DNA of 64,000 bases from Prorocentrum cordatum (lineage: Eukaryota), in assembly GCA_963575745.1 (NCBI GenBank), contig CAUYUJ010000023.1, positions 1 to 64,000 of the forward strand. Reading direction: 5' to 3'. The position numbers and the translations under genes are program-made. This document shows, one piece after another, positions 63,692 to 64,000 of this stretch; position 1 is the stretch's first letter, and the number at the start of each line of letters is the position of its first letter. The notes under the pieces were generated by a model that had not been told where the DNA came from, ran no database searches, and saw only the letters and a program-made list of their open reading frames with translations.

Positions 63692-63955
63692 GGCTGAGGC
63701 TGAGGCAGGCTGAGGCTGAGGCTGAGGCTGAGGCTGATGCAGGCTGAGGCTGATGCAGGCTGAGGCCGCAGGAGTATTCGGGAGCGCAGCAGGCTGAGGC
63801 TGAGGCAGGCTGAGGCTGAGGCTGACGCTGATGCAGGCTGAGGCTGAGGCAGGCTGAGGCCGAAGGGGTATGCGGGAGCGCAGCAGGCTGAGACTGACGC
63901 AGGCTGAGGCTGAGACTGAGGCTGATGCAGGCTGGGGCTGAGGCAGGCTGAGCTG
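63692..63955. repeat. (GGCTGA)n-type degenerate microsatellite
   Basis: Read directly from the sequence. Confidence 0.9.
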
Positions 63956-64000
63956 GCTTGTCCTGTGGAGCTCCAGTGTCACAGAAAATGCATCTGTAGC

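Noticed and set aside
61673..63982. Leu-rich, Glu-rich and repeat ORFs
   Set aside because: Translations of CT-rich tracts and minisatellites.

Overview
This is eukaryotic, repeat-saturated DNA, most likely from a dinoflagellate (inferred from TGGCTCAAG, the 3' end of the dinoflagellate spliced leader, at the 5' end of a LINE). I recognise no host gene. About 75% of the window is a nested stack of non-autonomous rolling-circle (Helitron2/Helentron-type) elements from at least five families, labelled A-E here. They share one terminal grammar: a 5' T plus short inverted repeat/hairpin, then a subterminal inverted repeat plus hairpin ending in AG, inserted immediately 5' of a T. They insert repeatedly into each other's 5' ends, up to five levels deep. 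Family B carries a 178-bp tandem array. One family E copy keeps the C-terminus of a Pif1-type helicase, which supports the Helitron call. Embedded in the stack are: (1) a near full-length APE-RT non-LTR retrotransposon with a circularly permuted RNase H, an in-frame ORF1-UGA-CGG-ORF2 junction, a WADN RT motif and spliced-leader-like repeats at its 5' end; (2) a CRE-like restriction-endonuclease retrotransposon fragment; (3) a 4.2-kb GC-rich unclassified insert with a frameshifted ~1300-codon frame; (4) several mini- and microsatellites. Most short ORFs in the supplied track are artefacts of the repeats. Coordinates were read by eye and may be off by a few bases.
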